Assembly (NCBI GenBank): GCA_030390025.1
Contig: CM059432.1
Location: 50,656,001 to 50,720,000, forward strand
Direction: 5' to 3'
DNA from: Squalus acanthias
Taxonomy: Eukaryota
DNA length: 64,000 nt
Below, piece after piece: positions 11,501 to 22,871 of this stretch. Position 1 is the first letter of the stretch. Each line of letters opens with the position of its first letter. The position numbers and the translations under genes are program-made. The notes under the pieces were generated by a model that was given only the letters and a program-made list of their open reading frames with translations, had not been told where the DNA came from and ran no database searches.

Positions 11501-14500
11501 GCACCCTTGTGCTCCCAACTGAGTATACAGGTAAAGGCACTTGTCAGAGGTGTAATGCATGTGAAAGTAGTGTTTTGCTAAGGAAAGAGTAACAGTTATG
11601 TTGCATGCTGCAGAATGACCTGCAGACAACCTGCATGGCAGGGACTGTACTACCTGTTTGCTCTAAAGGCCACTGTAACCCAGAATCTTTTGGCGTAGGG
11701 CTCCTTCTAGGTTGCTACTGGGGACATTGATAACATCAACTAATCTGTAGTTCATACAAGGATAAAGCAGATGACTTGTGTGCTGTGCACCAGAGTACAA
11801 AGTTTCATCACTTTCTTAATGGGTAGACGGAACCAACAAGAGGGCCATGGGTTTGCCCAAGTTGCACATTTTCCCTAAAGTCCAGGGCATCGTAGATTGC
11901 ACCAATTTTGAGCTGAGAGGACAGTGGAGTGTGTAAGGCCAGGAGAATAGAGTTTAGCCTCAGTGGAAGTGATTGGGACACTAGTACTGAAATTTTCATT
12001 TATTTATTTTACTGTATTGTGAGTTTATTTACTTTGTTTTACCTATTTAACACTAGAAGCTGTTTAAACTTGTTTCCTTGGTGTCTTAACTGTGGACAGG
12101 TTTAAGCTGGTAACAGGTAATTGGTTGCAGAAGAGGAGTGATTAGCTGTTCTCTAATTAACTGTTTTTCCTGTGGCAGTTGGGCTATTGTGTAAGTTAAG
12201 ACAGTATAAATTTGAGCTGAGTAGCAAGAGATCAGTCTCGAGTTGCAAGAGGCCAGAGTTCAGCCATAGATAGAGCTCAGTCTTCAAGTTGGTTGTTTTC
12301 TTTTTATATAATTTAATGTGTGTGTGACGTGAGTAAGCAGAGTATGATTCTTGACAGTTTGTTGTTAGTGGGAGTGCAGGCTAACACAATCTACATCTTT
12401 AAGTTAGACACAGAGGGATGATAATGCAAGGAACCCTCATGGTGTGTGGAGTGTGATGTGTGTACCATCATGAATTTGAACATACGAAAAAGACATAAAA
12501 AAGGACCAGCTGGTCCATCTAGCCTGTCTCATTCAGTTCTACATCCTTCATTGTCGCTGTTCAAAATCCTGGAACTCCCTCCCTCGCAGCACTTTTTTTA
12601 TTAAGTATGTTCATGGGATGTGGGCATTGCTGGCAAGGCCAGCATTTATTGCCCATCCCTAATTGAGAAGGTGGTGGTGAGCCGCCATTTCAGAGGGCCG
12701 TTAAGAGTCAACCACATTGCTGTGGGTCTGGGGTCACATATAGGCCAGACCAGGTAAGGATGGCAGATTTCCTTGCCTAAAGGACATTAGTGAACCAGAT
12801 GGGTTTTTACAACAATCCGCTAGTTTCATTACTGATTTAGTTATTGATTACTGATACTAGCTTTTTATTTCAGATTCATTTAATTAACTGAATTTAAATT
12901 CCCCAGCTGCCGTGGTGGGATTTGAACTCCAGACCTCTGGATTACTAGTCCGGTAACATAACCACTATGCTACAGTACCCTACTGTGGGAGTACCTTCAC
13001 CACACGGACTGCAGCGGTTCAAGAAGGTGGCTCACCACCACCTTCTCGGGGGCAATTAGGGATGGACAATAAATGCTGGCCTTGCCAGCGATGCCCACAT
13101 CCCGTGAATGAATAAAAAATAAGTCATGTTGCAACTAAACATCACAACCCTCAATGCTTCCCATCCACCAGCAGCCATGTCATCTCCTTGGCGATACAAG
13201 AAAGAAAAGATTTTAAAAACCGTAAACCAAGTCGAGGAAAAAATAATTCTGTGAAATTCCTCTGAAACCCCTGAAGGCAAACAAAAATAAGTTCCAAGAG
13301 ATAAGTGACCACAAGGTTAATCACCCAAAATCCCATCTACCTTTTTGTATGCAGCAATATCGGCTTCCTCCAAGAACTCGTTCAGCTCCCTTTTGAATAT
13401 CTGCAGGGAATCTGCACAAGCCAACAACTTATTGCAATGGTCTATACCCTCTATGAAAAGAAAAATCTCCTGACAGCTAACTTGGTTCTGTGTGTAACTT
13501 TTACACATATCCCCTTGTTCTCCCAAACTGCATGGACGTGGTCCAGTCCTTTCATCATTTTACATGCTTCAATCAAATCACCCCAAGGTCTACACTTTTC
13601 TAGAGTAAAAAGAACCAGTAGATAGTTTAGATCCTCAGGCCAGAACTTTCATGGTGTTTTAACCACTTAAATCTTTTGCAAATAAGGTCAACTTTACAAA
13701 AGGAATCCATTCAAGGATTTTATGGGTTCCTAGTTGTAAATCTGCAACACAAACAGGTGAAAGTTAAGCGGTTGATTTTCTCAAATGTACAAATGGCCAC
13801 AAATCAGCACTGAATTGAAGTTGTTATTTGCAGAACGAGCGAGTATATTTTCAAGTTTATTTGCCAAAAGGGAACAAAGAGAAAAGCAGATCGATGTTCT
13901 TCTGTTCCAAATGGAGTATTGGAAAAATGGTGGATAATGCAGCTTCACTGTTGAACCTTAGGAATGACAACAATATTTTGGCATCTAAGGTAATACTTGA
14001 TAAAATAAGAAAGTTTTGCATTTACCTTCTGTATACATGTACCATTGTTGCCTTCATCTGTGATTTATGTCCATTATTTAGCCAGCATGTGATATATTAA
14101 TCTGTTAGTGTTGATAAATCGGGTTTATCTTCAGTTTCAAATAGAAAACTAACCATAAAAATTGGTGCAGTGGCTGGAGCACAGATATAGTGTTGCAGAA
14201 TGATGGAGTATGGATGACAGTCTCCTGTCCTGCTGAGCTCAATACCAACAACTTGCATTTATATAGCACCTTTTAATGTAGTAAAATGTTGCAAGGTGCT
14301 TCACAGGAGCGTTATCAGACAAACCTTGACACCGAGCCATGTAAGGAGATATTAGGATAGGTGACCAAAAGCTTGGTCAAACAGGTAAGTTTTAAGGAAC
14401 ATCGTAAAGGAGGAGAGAGAGGAGGAGATGTTTAGGGAGGGAATTCCAGAGTTTAGGGCCTTGGCAGCTGAAGGCACGACCACCAATGGAGGGGCGAAGG

Positions 14501-16200
14501 AAATCGGGAAAGCACAAGGGCCAGTAGAGATCTCGTAGAACTGGACAAAGGTAGGGAGGGGTGAGGCCATGGAGACATTTGAACAGAATGATGAGAATTT
14601 TAAATTTGAGCCGTGGCCGGACCGGGAGCCATTGTAGGTCAGTGAGCACAGGGGTGATGGGTGAACGGGACTTGGTGCAGCAGAGTTTTGGATGAACTGA
14701 AATTTGTGGAGGGTGGAAGATGGGAGCCCGGCCAGGAGAGCATTGGAATAGTCGAGTCTAGAGTCTGAATAGTCTCCTCCTTCCACCTGTGGGTGGTGCT
14801 GAAAAGAGAGTTTTTTTTCCTAAGCCCCTCTTGCTTGTTCTGGCAGCCAAATAAGAGTGGTATTGGCAGTGCCCTAGAACTAGGTTGCGTCTCCTGTTCT
14901 CTTAAAGAGGGGGGAAAATAAGGTTAACACAAAGGTAAATAAATGTTTGAAAAAACAAATATTGGTTTGATGAAACAATGTATGCAATGTTCCTGTTATT
15001 TTAAAGTCAAAAATAGGATGAACAGTGGAGAAAGTGGATCCTGCAAAGGATTTTTAAAAGATTTAGAACAGTTATGCCATTGGGCAGATGAATGGTAAAT
15101 AAAACTTAACATTGATAAATATAAAGTATTCATAGATTTAAAAAAAAGATGGAACAAGGGTATACAATGAATGGGATTGAATTAGCACGTGGAGAGTTAG
15201 GAAGAGACCTGAAACAGTAGTAGACACACCATTTTCCATAGGATTACAAAACCGTAGAATACAAGTCTACAGAAGTTATGCTATTACTTTACAAAAAATA
15301 AATGTTTGCAGCAGAAAGGGTGCAGAAAAGAGCAAGACTGATCCCAGGTGCCAAGGGGTTGAGCTAAGCGGATAGATTAGTGAAACTAAAGCGCTGTAGT
15401 TTAGAAAGAGGTTGATTAAGGGGGAACACTCAAAAATGTATAAAATATTAGCGTATATAAGGTAAACATTACTTCAAAATATACCAAGAAAGTAGGATTG
15501 GAGGTCATAATGGAAATTAGTGAAAAGTAAATTTACAACAGCTATCAAGCAAACCATTTTTGCTTGGAGTGGAAATGTTTTGGAATAATCAAGCAAAGTG
15601 ATAAAATCAAAAATATTGAGGCTTTTTTATGACTGCTATTATGCAGTCAAAAAATGTGCGGGTTAGGTTGATTTGGCTATGATAAATTGACCCTTAGTGT
15701 TAGGGGGGGATTAAATATGTGGGGTTATGGGGATAGGATGGGATATGTTAGGGGGAATTAAATACGTGGGGTTACGGGGATAGGGTGGGATAGGTGCAGG
15801 CTCGATGTGGGGATTCGGTGTGAGAAAGCAGGGACAGGGTACTGGATTTGGATGATCAGCCATGATCGTATTGAATGGTGGAGCAGGCTCGACGGGCCGA
15901 ATGGCCTACTCCTGCTCCTAGTTTCTATGTTTCTATGCGACAGGTAATATACTGTAGGGACAAGCTTCAGTGGGATGAATGACTTTATGCATCCCTACCT
16001 CTTAATGCTCTTTTTCTTTTATTCCCCAGAAACTGAGACTGTGTCATAGTGAATCAGGAAGTGTATTGCCCATGGGCCATACTTTGGAATTGTGGATAAC
16101 AAGTACTGACTGCCCACTGAACAATGGAGGAACGATTATCCTTGAATATTTAGACAATGATTGTGTAACATTAGAAAGCACAAACTCATACATGGAATGA
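2544..16200 (+). CDS. ZFAND1: AN1-type zinc finger protein 1, 8 coding exons: 2544-2598, 5352-5394, 5545-5584, 6903-7030, 7117-7208, 10750-10868, 13834-13989, 16030-16200 (804 nt, 267 aa)
   Basis: Manually spliced, all phases compatible: [46 protein letters not shown]...[37 protein letters not shown]...[39 protein letters not shown]...[18 protein letters not shown]...[10 protein letters not shown]. Two AN1 fingers plus a ubiquitin-like domain. Confidence 0.96.
2686..3025 (+). mobile_element. CR1 LINE 3' fragment
   Basis: [17 protein letters not shown]...TRGHRF is the CR1 ORF2 C-terminus, followed by a CR1-type 3' tail. Confidence 0.85.
3100..4900 (-). mobile_element. Decayed CR1 LINE ORF2 fragment
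   Basis: Fragmentary RT motifs on the minus strand ([27 protein letters not shown]). Boundaries approximate. Confidence 0.7.
5352..5394 (+). CDS. ZFAND1: ZFAND1 exon 2
   Basis: ttcag acceptor, (D)[13 protein letters not shown](C), GT donor. Confidence 0.95.
5545..5584 (+). CDS. ZFAND1: ZFAND1 exon 3
   Basis: tttag acceptor, [19 protein letters not shown] donor. Confidence 0.95.
6903..7030 (+). CDS. ZFAND1: ZFAND1 exon 4
   Basis: ttcag acceptor, second AN1 finger, GTGAGT donor. Confidence 0.95.
7117..7208 (+). CDS. ZFAND1: ZFAND1 exon 5 (ends at a GC donor)
   Basis: [30 protein letters not shown] followed by G|GCAAGT. Confidence 0.88.
7773..7810 (-). ncRNA. Minimal type I hammerhead ribozyme motif (inverted Penelope arm)
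   Basis: Reverse complement of the motif at 10350-10387. Confidence 0.65.
8576..10108 (+). CDS. Penelope reverse transcriptase + GIY-YIG endonuclease ORF, 5'-truncated (transposon-derived)
   Basis: [34 protein letters not shown] motifs; NVVYLIRC...WYISET...LRQRMNGHR endonuclease. The first few residues come from the inversion junction. Confidence 0.9.
   Translation: MEAWGTLCENLSGYIEGILKPIVQGTPSFCRDTTDFLQKLSTHGLVEPGTLLATMDVSALYTSIPHDDGIAATASVLNTNNSQSPDAILQLIRFILDHNVFTFDNHFFTQTHGTAMGTKFAPQYANIFMHKFEQDFFAAQDLQPTLYTRYIDDIFFLWTHGEGSLKGLHDSVNRFHPTIKLTMDYSSESVSFLDTRISIKDGRLSTSLYHKPTDNLTMLHFSSFHPNHVKEAIPYGQALRIHRICSDEEERDGHLRTLKDALVRTGYDARLVDRQFRRATAKNRTDLLRRRTRDTTNRVPYVVQYFPGAEKLRHVLRSLQHVIDDDEHLAKAIPTSPLLAFKQPPNLKSTIVRSKLPSCQENSDHDTTQPCHGNLCKTCQIMNTDTVITREDTTHQVHGTYSCDSANVVYLIRCSKGCPRAWYISETMQTLRQRMNGHRATIAKQDGCLPVGEHFSSQGHSASDLRVSVLQGGLRDTRQRKIIEQKLIAKFRTHEDGLNRDIGFMSRYRT
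10350..10387 (+). ncRNA. Minimal type I hammerhead ribozyme motif in the Penelope pseudo-LTR
   Basis: UUGC-CUGACGA-A-GGGGC(GACA)GCUCC-GAAAGCUU-GUAA: both core boxes, stem II, short stem I and a palindromic AAGCUU in place of stem III. Confidence 0.7.
10625..10744 (+). mobile_element. DeuSINE-like SINE 3' fragment abutting ZFAND1 exon 6
   Basis: ATTACAACAGTGACTACACTTCAAAAAGTACTTCATTGGCTGTAAAGC...(CTTT)n tail shared with copies at 27695-28152 and 55620-55742. Confidence 0.85.
10750..10868 (+). CDS. ZFAND1: ZFAND1 exon 6 (alternative in-frame acceptor would start at 10762)
   Basis: [35 protein letters not shown] donor at 10869. The 5' boundary is uncertain by 12 nt. Confidence 0.88.
12593..12980 (-). 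mobile_element. tRNA-headed SINE built from LINE 5' and 3' ends, inserted antisense into a LINE 3' tail (~12545-13120)
   Basis: Minus strand begins GGGTACTGTAGCATAGTGGTTATG...GAGTTCAAATCCC (A/B-box-like). Body matches 19932-20181; tail matches 51157-51250. Confidence 0.8.
13834..13989 (+). CDS. ZFAND1: ZFAND1 exon 7
   Basis: [34 protein letters not shown]..., AG/GT bounded, 156 nt. Confidence 0.96.
14245..14765 (-). mobile_element. L2-type LINE 3' fragment
   Basis: [14 protein letters not shown] and [16 protein letters not shown] motifs plus a (GTT)n-like tail. Confidence 0.85.
15653..15937 (+). mobile_element. 5'-truncated V-SINE (HE1-like) with CR1-type tail, nested in an old CR1 fragment
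   Basis: Nearly identical to ~61150-61447; ends in TTTCTATG repeats. Confidence 0.85.
16030..16200 (+). CDS. ZFAND1: ZFAND1 exon 8 (stop TGA)
   Basis: cccag acceptor, [23 protein letters not shown]...YME*. Confidence 0.95.
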   Translation, partial: KLRLCHSESGSVLPMGHTLELWITSTDCPLNNGGTIILEYLDNDCVTLESTNSYME

Positions 16201-16845
16201 CAGTTACTAAAATGAACAAAACCTAATCACTTTTATTTTAATAGGAAAGTACTCTGAAGAAAATTAGTTCTGTTGATGTGTACATTTGATGTATTATAAT
16301 CTCGTCAGAAAACGCTGTGTAAATAGTATATCCTTGTTATTACCAAAGTTTGTCTTTTAATTAAAATTGAATTTGGAAGCCTTAAAAAATCTGTCCAATG
16401 CCATTGTTACCTACTTTAAAGGTGACTATTTAGCTGAAGTTGAACTGACCATATTTAGAGTTGAAAATGTATTTTCAAAAATTATCTCTTCTGTCTCTGT
16501 TCTTTTTGCCTTTACTTTAGTCTACTTTTTTAAAGTTTTAGTTTGCCTCCTGTGCTATGGGGTATAGTAAACTAGTGATAGTACTGGACAAGCAACCCAG
16601 AGGTCATGAGTTTAAATCCTACCAAGTTCTGAAACTGATATCAATAAATCTGGTAATTTGTGGTCTGGCACCAGGAAAATGACCATGAATTAGTGAACCA
16701 GTTTGGTTTTTACAAATTTCCTTCAGGGAAGCAAACCTGCACCCCTACCTGGTCTGACATGCATGTGATTCTAGTCCTACACTGTGAGGTTGACTCTTAA
16801 TGCCCTTGGTGTCCTATTTGACCCTGAAATAAGCTTCTGACCACA

Positions 16846-17603
16846 TATCCGTGCCATGACAAAGATTGCCTATTTCCACTTTTGTAACATTGCCCGACTC
16901 CACCCCTGCCTCAGCTCATCTGCTGCTAAACCCTCATCCATGCCTTTGTTACCTCTAGATTTAACTATTCCAACGCACTCCTGGCTGGCCTCCCACGTTC
17001 TACCCTACGTAAAGTTGAGGTCATCCAAAACTCTGCTGCCCGTGTCCTAACTCTCTCAAAGTCCCGTTCACCCGCTACCCCTGTGCTCGCTGACCTACAT
17101 TGACTCCCCGTTAAGCAATGCCTCGATTTTAAAATTCTCATCCTTGTTTTCAAATCCCTGCATGGCCTTGCCCCTCCCTATCTCTGTAATCTTCTCCAGC
17201 CCCACAACCCTCTGAGAAATTAGGGCAGATATCTCGGGGGGTTGTGGGGCTGGAGGAGATTACAGAGATAGGGAGGGGCAAGGCCATGGAGGGATTTGAA
17301 AACAAGGATGAGAATTTTAAAATCGAGGCATTGCTTAACGGGGAGCCAATGTAGGTCAGCGAGCACAGGGGCAGCGCGTGAACGGGACTTGGTGAGAGTT
17401 AGGACACGGGCAGCAGAGTTTTGGATGACCTCAAGTTTACGTAGGGTAGAACGTGGGAGGCCAGCCAGGCGTGCGTTGGAATAGTTAAGTCTAGAGGTAA
17501 CAAAGGCATGGATGAGGGTTTAGCAGCAGATGAGCTGAGGCAGGGGTGGAGTCGGGCAATGTTACAAAAGTGGAAATAGGCGATCTTTGTCATGGCACGG
17601 ATA
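16846..17603. repeat. Fold-back inverted repeat of an L2 LINE fragment (arms ~16846-17217 and ~17232-17603)
   Basis: Arms are reverse complements with few mismatches (mirror ORFs 16856+/17399- and 16965-/17296+); spacer about 14 nt. Confidence 0.95.
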
Positions 17604-18094
17604 ATTTCTCCTTATGTGGCTCGGTGTCATTTTGTTTGATAACGCTTCTGTGTAGTGCCTTGGGACGTTTTACTATGTTAAAGGTGCTATATAACATGTT
17701 ATTGGGGGCAACTAGAGAATAAATAAATACTGCCTTTTCCACATCCAAGAACAAATTTTAAAAAAAAGTTTCCAGTGTGAGCTGAGAGTAGCTAAACCGT
17801 CTGAAACAGCTACCAATAAACATGAGAGTATAAAAAGTGTATGTTGGAAAAAATGCCCTAATTTCAATGCTATACTAATTCTATCACCCTGTTTTATATG
17901 TTAATTTGGTGCACTCTAATCCACCAGACACTATTTAAGCTAGATTACTTTTCTGTGTTAATCAGTGGTATTCACTCAGTGTAGATCTCAAATTTTCTGA
18001 CTTCCAAAGATTTCTTGATTTTACAAATATGAAAATGGCAACAAAATAAGGTTAAGTTTTCTTTGTTTATAGTAATCAGATTCTACAGTAAGTC

Positions 18095-18510
18095 AATGTC
18101 AGCTAGGCTCAATTGATAGCATTCTCAACTCTTGAGTTAGAAGCTTGCGAGTTCAGCACACTTCAGTGCAATACTGAAGAGCATTCTGCATTGTCAAAGG
18201 TGTGCTCTTTCAGGCAAGATGTTAAACCAAAGTCCCATCTGTCTGTGCCTCTAGTTCAGGTGGACATTAAAGACTATGGCACTATTCAAAGAGCAGAGGG
18301 TTCTTCTGCTGTTCTGGAAAGCCTTCCTCAACCAACACCACCAAAAACTGATTTGTCATTTACTGTTTGTGGGATGTAACTGCACAAATTGGTAGCCATG
18401 TTTAGCGACATAGCAACAAATGCTCTTCAACAGTAACTCAGTGATTCTGAAATGCTTTGGACATCCTGAGAATGTGATAGGGTGCTATATAAGTGCAAGT
18501 TCTACCTTTG
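18095..18510 (+). mobile_element. Old DeuSINE-like SINE
   Basis: Similar to copies at 19575-19932, 27695-28152, 33580-34020 and 59265-59530. Confidence 0.7.
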
Positions 18511-19574
18511 TCAAATAATGGTCCAAAAATATCTAGCAAAATGGAAGAAATAATCTGTTGAGAAATATATTCTTAATTTGTTATGCTGCTATTGTAGCAT
18601 TATCGGGCCTGCTACTTGGAGTAACATATTTAAGAACATCTTTTTGAATTGAAAGCGGAGTAAACTAGAGTTAATCTTCAAATTTCTAAATGGCATTTAT
18701 TTTTATAGCAACTTGGACTTTTCAAATATCTCAGTATTTACCTGGAGTGAGCATAGAGGGTTGCCAGAATGTAATTAATGTTGACTGAAATTTAATTAGC
18801 TCTGATTATGTTTGGAAATAACAAACATCTCTCATAAATGATTATTAGTGATTTATAGAAAATTAAACTCATGAATGATTTAAAACTGCCATCACTAGGT
18901 TTTCCCCCCACAAGACATTTGAACACTCTTGCGCATTCTTAAAATCATGGAATATGATTAAATTTTTTACAGATACATTTTGTCTTTGTACAGTTTACTT
19001 GCAGAGTTGGATATAATGTCATAGGTACCTCCGTACTGATTACACTGATCTAGTTGAGGTCATTGAAATAATCATTACTAAAAGTTTAATGCAAACAAGA
19101 CACTAAAAACATGAACAACACTGAATTCTAGTAATCATTTGAATGTAAGTTTTTATATGTAAACTGATGACAGTTGGGAGAGAGGCTTTAGAAACTCACT
19201 CCACTGTGCCACCTACTGGGCAGAGCTTGTTTACCTAGGCAATTTCAATGTTAACAACATAAAAGCTGACCAAACACCATGACAACAGGAAGTTGGACAG
19301 AAATATATAAATTTTCTGTGGCATTACTTACTGGAGTCAAGACCAGATGAAGCCTTCAGGTGGTGTGGGGTTTAATTAGATCAGGATGCACAGAAATAAT
19401 TCAGCCCCCATTTTAATGTCATCCATAAAATCATACAGCATGGAAGGAGGCCATTCGGCCCAGGGGCGGGAAAATTATTGAGAGAAGTTTGCATAGACAG
19501 TTTAATTATAAATGTGGATATAATGAAAAATTTGACAGGAACCACAGCAGAGGTAAGATTTTTAGTGTATAGAT

Positions 19575-19931
19575 CGCTAGGCCCAGTGGTAGCACTTTTG
19601 CCTCTGAGACAGAAAGTTGTAGGTTCAAGCCACATTCCAGGATTTGAGAACATAATCTAGGCTGACACTTCATTGCAGTACTGAGGGAGCAATGCATTGA
19701 CAGAAGTGTTGTCTTCCTGATGTGATACTAAACTGAGGTAGTATCTGCTCGTTCAGGTGTATGTAAAAGATCCCATGACACTATTTAAAGTAGAAAGAGT
19801 AGACCTGGCCAACATTTATCTTTTAACCAAAACCACGAAATATTATCTGGCCATTTATAGCATTGCTGTTTGTGGGAACTTGCTGTGTGCAAATAGGCTG
19901 CTGTGCTTGCCTACATTACAACAGTGACTAC
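19575..19931 (+). mobile_element. DeuSINE-like SINE
   Basis: tRNA-like head and GATCCCATG.CACTATTT...TTGCTGTTTGTGGGA conserved core. Confidence 0.75.
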
Positions 19932-22280
19932 AGAGGCCTGGACTAATAATCAGACGTGAGTTCAAATCCCACTTTGAATGAACTTAGTTAATTAAATAAA
20001 TCTGGAATAAAAAGCTAGTATCAGTAATGGTGACCATGAAGCTATTGGATTGTCGTAAAAACCCAACTGCTTCACTAATGTCCTTTAAGGAAGAAAACCT
20101 GCCGTTCTTACCTGGCCTGGCCTATATGTGACTCCAGACCCACAGCAACGTCATTGACTCTTAACTGCCCTCTGAAATGGCGTAGCAAGCCACTCAGTTA
20201 TATCAAACTGCTACAAAAAAGCATAAGAGTAAACCTCGATATTGACCTAGGCATCGGACTCTGACACGACAAATGCACACCCAGCCCAGTCGACCCTGCA
20301 AAGTCCTCCTCATTAACATCTGGAGACTTGTGCCAAAATTGGGAGAGCTGTTCCACAGACTAGTCAAGCAACAGCCTGACATAGTCATACTCGGAATCAT
20401 ACCTATCAGCCAACATCCCATCTCCATCACCACTGGCTGGACAGACCCACCAGAGGTGGCGGCACAGTGGTTTACAGTTGGGAGGGAGTGGCCTTGGGAG
20501 TACTCAACATTGACTCTGGACCCCATGAAGTCTCATGGCATCAGGTCAAACATGGGCAAGGAAACCTCCTACTGATTACCACCTACCACCCTCCCTCAGT
20601 ACTCCTCCATGTTGAACACCACTTGGAAAAAGCACTGAGGGTAGCAAGGTGATGTAAATGGGAGCGGGCCCTGTGATATACAGGGTCGACGCTTCGTTGG
20701 GTACAGATGACAGACTTCGAGTGATGGTTCAAAACGATCCTTTAATTTTCACGGGCCTGGGGAGAACCTTCTGAGACCCTTCTCAGATTCGACTCCCCGA
20801 TACCCTAGCGACATTCACACTTATACACAAAAATCATACCCTGCCCTAGGGGCGGGTGCAAAGCTATCAACGTCCCGATTAATCACATTTCTGTTATCAG
20901 TTGGTTCCAGGACCAGATGGCTTGTTTAGTAACATATTTTCTTAAGATAACAGTTCCTGTTTTCGTAACAAGCTCAAGTGCATTTGAATACATATTTTTC
21001 CTTAACAAGCTCAAGTACATTTTTCCTTAACAAGGTCCTATGTCTAACACTTAATGATATCAATTATAAATTTTAATTACTTCACAAGGGTGCAGAACGT
21101 ACTCTGGGTGGGGGACTTCAATGTCCATCACCAAGTGTGGCTCGGTAGCACCACTACTGATCGAGCTGGCCGAGTCCTGAAGGACATAACTGCCAGACTG
21201 GGCCTGCGGCAGGTGGTGAGAGAACCAACACGAGGGGAAAACCAACTTGACCTCATCCTCACCAATCTACCTGTGCAGATGCATCTGTCCATGACAGTAT
21301 TGGTAGGAGTGACCACTGCGCAGTCCTTGTGGAGATGACGTCCCATCTTCACACTGAGGACACCCTCCATCGTGTTGTGTGGCACTACCACCGTGCTAAA
21401 TGGGATAGATTCAGAACAGATCTAGCAGCTCAAAACTGGGCATCCATGAGGTGCTGTGGGCCATCAGCAGCAGCAGAATTGTATTCCACCACAATTTGAA
21501 ACTTCATGGCCCGGCATATCCCTCACTCTACCATTACCATTAAGCCAGGGGACCAACCCTAGTTCAATGAGGAGTGTAGAAGAGCATGCCAGGAGCAGCA
21601 CCAGGCATACCTAAAAATGATGTGCTAACCTGGTGAAGCTACAACACAGGACTATATGACACGCTATAGACAGAGCTAAGCGATCCCACAACCAAAGGGT
21701 CAGTTCAAAGCTCTGCAGTCCTGTCACATCCAGTCATGATTCTTGTGATTGGTGATGGACAATTAAGTAACTAACGAGAGGAGGTGGCTGCATGAACATC
21801 CCCATCCTCAATGATGGAGGAGCCCATCACATGAGTGCAAAAGACAAGGCTGAAGCATTCGCAACCATCTTCAGCCAGAAGTGCCGAGTGAATGATTCAT
21901 CTCGGCCTCCTCCTGCGGTCCCCACCATCACAGAAGCCAGTCTTCAGCTAATTCAATTCACTTCACGTGATATCAAGAAACAGCTGAGCGCACTAGATAC
22001 AGTAAAGGCTTTGGGCCCCGACAACATCCAGGTTGTAGTGCTGAAGACTTGTGCTCCAGAACTAGCTGCGCTTCTAGCCAATTGTTCCAGTACAGCTCCA
22101 ACACTGGCATTTACCTGACAAAGTGGAAAATTGCCCAGCTGTGTCTTGTCCACAAAAAGCAGGTCAAATCCAATCCAGCCAATTACCGCCCCATCAGCCT
22201 TCTCTCAATTATCAGCAAAGTGACGGAAGGAATCATCGACAGTGATATCAAGTAGCACTTACTCATCAATAACCTGCTTG
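19932..22280 (+). mobile_element. Non-LTR retrotransposon (CR1/L2-group), 5' half with decayed AP-endonuclease and start of RT, interrupted by a solo LTR
   Basis: NVLWVGDFNVHH, EPTRGENQLDLILTN, KALGPDNI, NPANYRPISLLSIISK with frameshifts. Confidence 0.85.
20650..21084 (-). mobile_element. Solo LTR (435 bp)
   Basis: TGATGTAA...TTACTTCA inverted termini (TG...CA), 5-bp TSD CAAGG (20645-20649, 21085-21089). Host LINE rejoins across it. Minus-strand TATAA near 20825 and ATTAAA near 20746. Confidence 0.88.
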
Positions 22281-22871
22281 ATTTTAGAGTCACATTATTG
22301 TACAAGCAGTTTAATTCATACTCACATCACAGTTACGGTGTCTAACCATTTAGGCAATGTGAGGGCTTTGAACTACATAATGTGGCGGGTGATAATACTG
22401 TAGTTGGATTGTAACCAAATCTGTTAGTATTTTCATTGCAAGTGAAGAGCATGCAATTTGATTAATGATGTGACTGTTTCTTTTTACTTTCTAATAACTT
22501 AGTCCTGGAAATCAAAGTAAGGTACGGAAGAAAGTATTTGGAGCCAACAAGGAAGCACTGAGTAAAAAATACAGCAGCTTCTGTCAATCATTGACCAATT
22601 TTGGAACGGTGATTCATCATTTTGTTGTTAAAGCCACTGGAACAGATAAGGAATACTAGCAAAGTTTATTTCTCTCTTTTCAGACACTCCAGTAAGTGCC
22701 GAAATTAAAAGAAATTCTAGTAATGCTTCTGAAAAGGAAAATATAGTCAATGCAGTGTGAAGATACAGAAATAAGTGGCCGAGTTCAGTGAGTCTATCAT
22801 ACTGGGACCTAGGAAAAAAAGTTTTCGAAGCAGTGGATTGCAACACCGTCGCCAGTTAAATTATAACCAGA

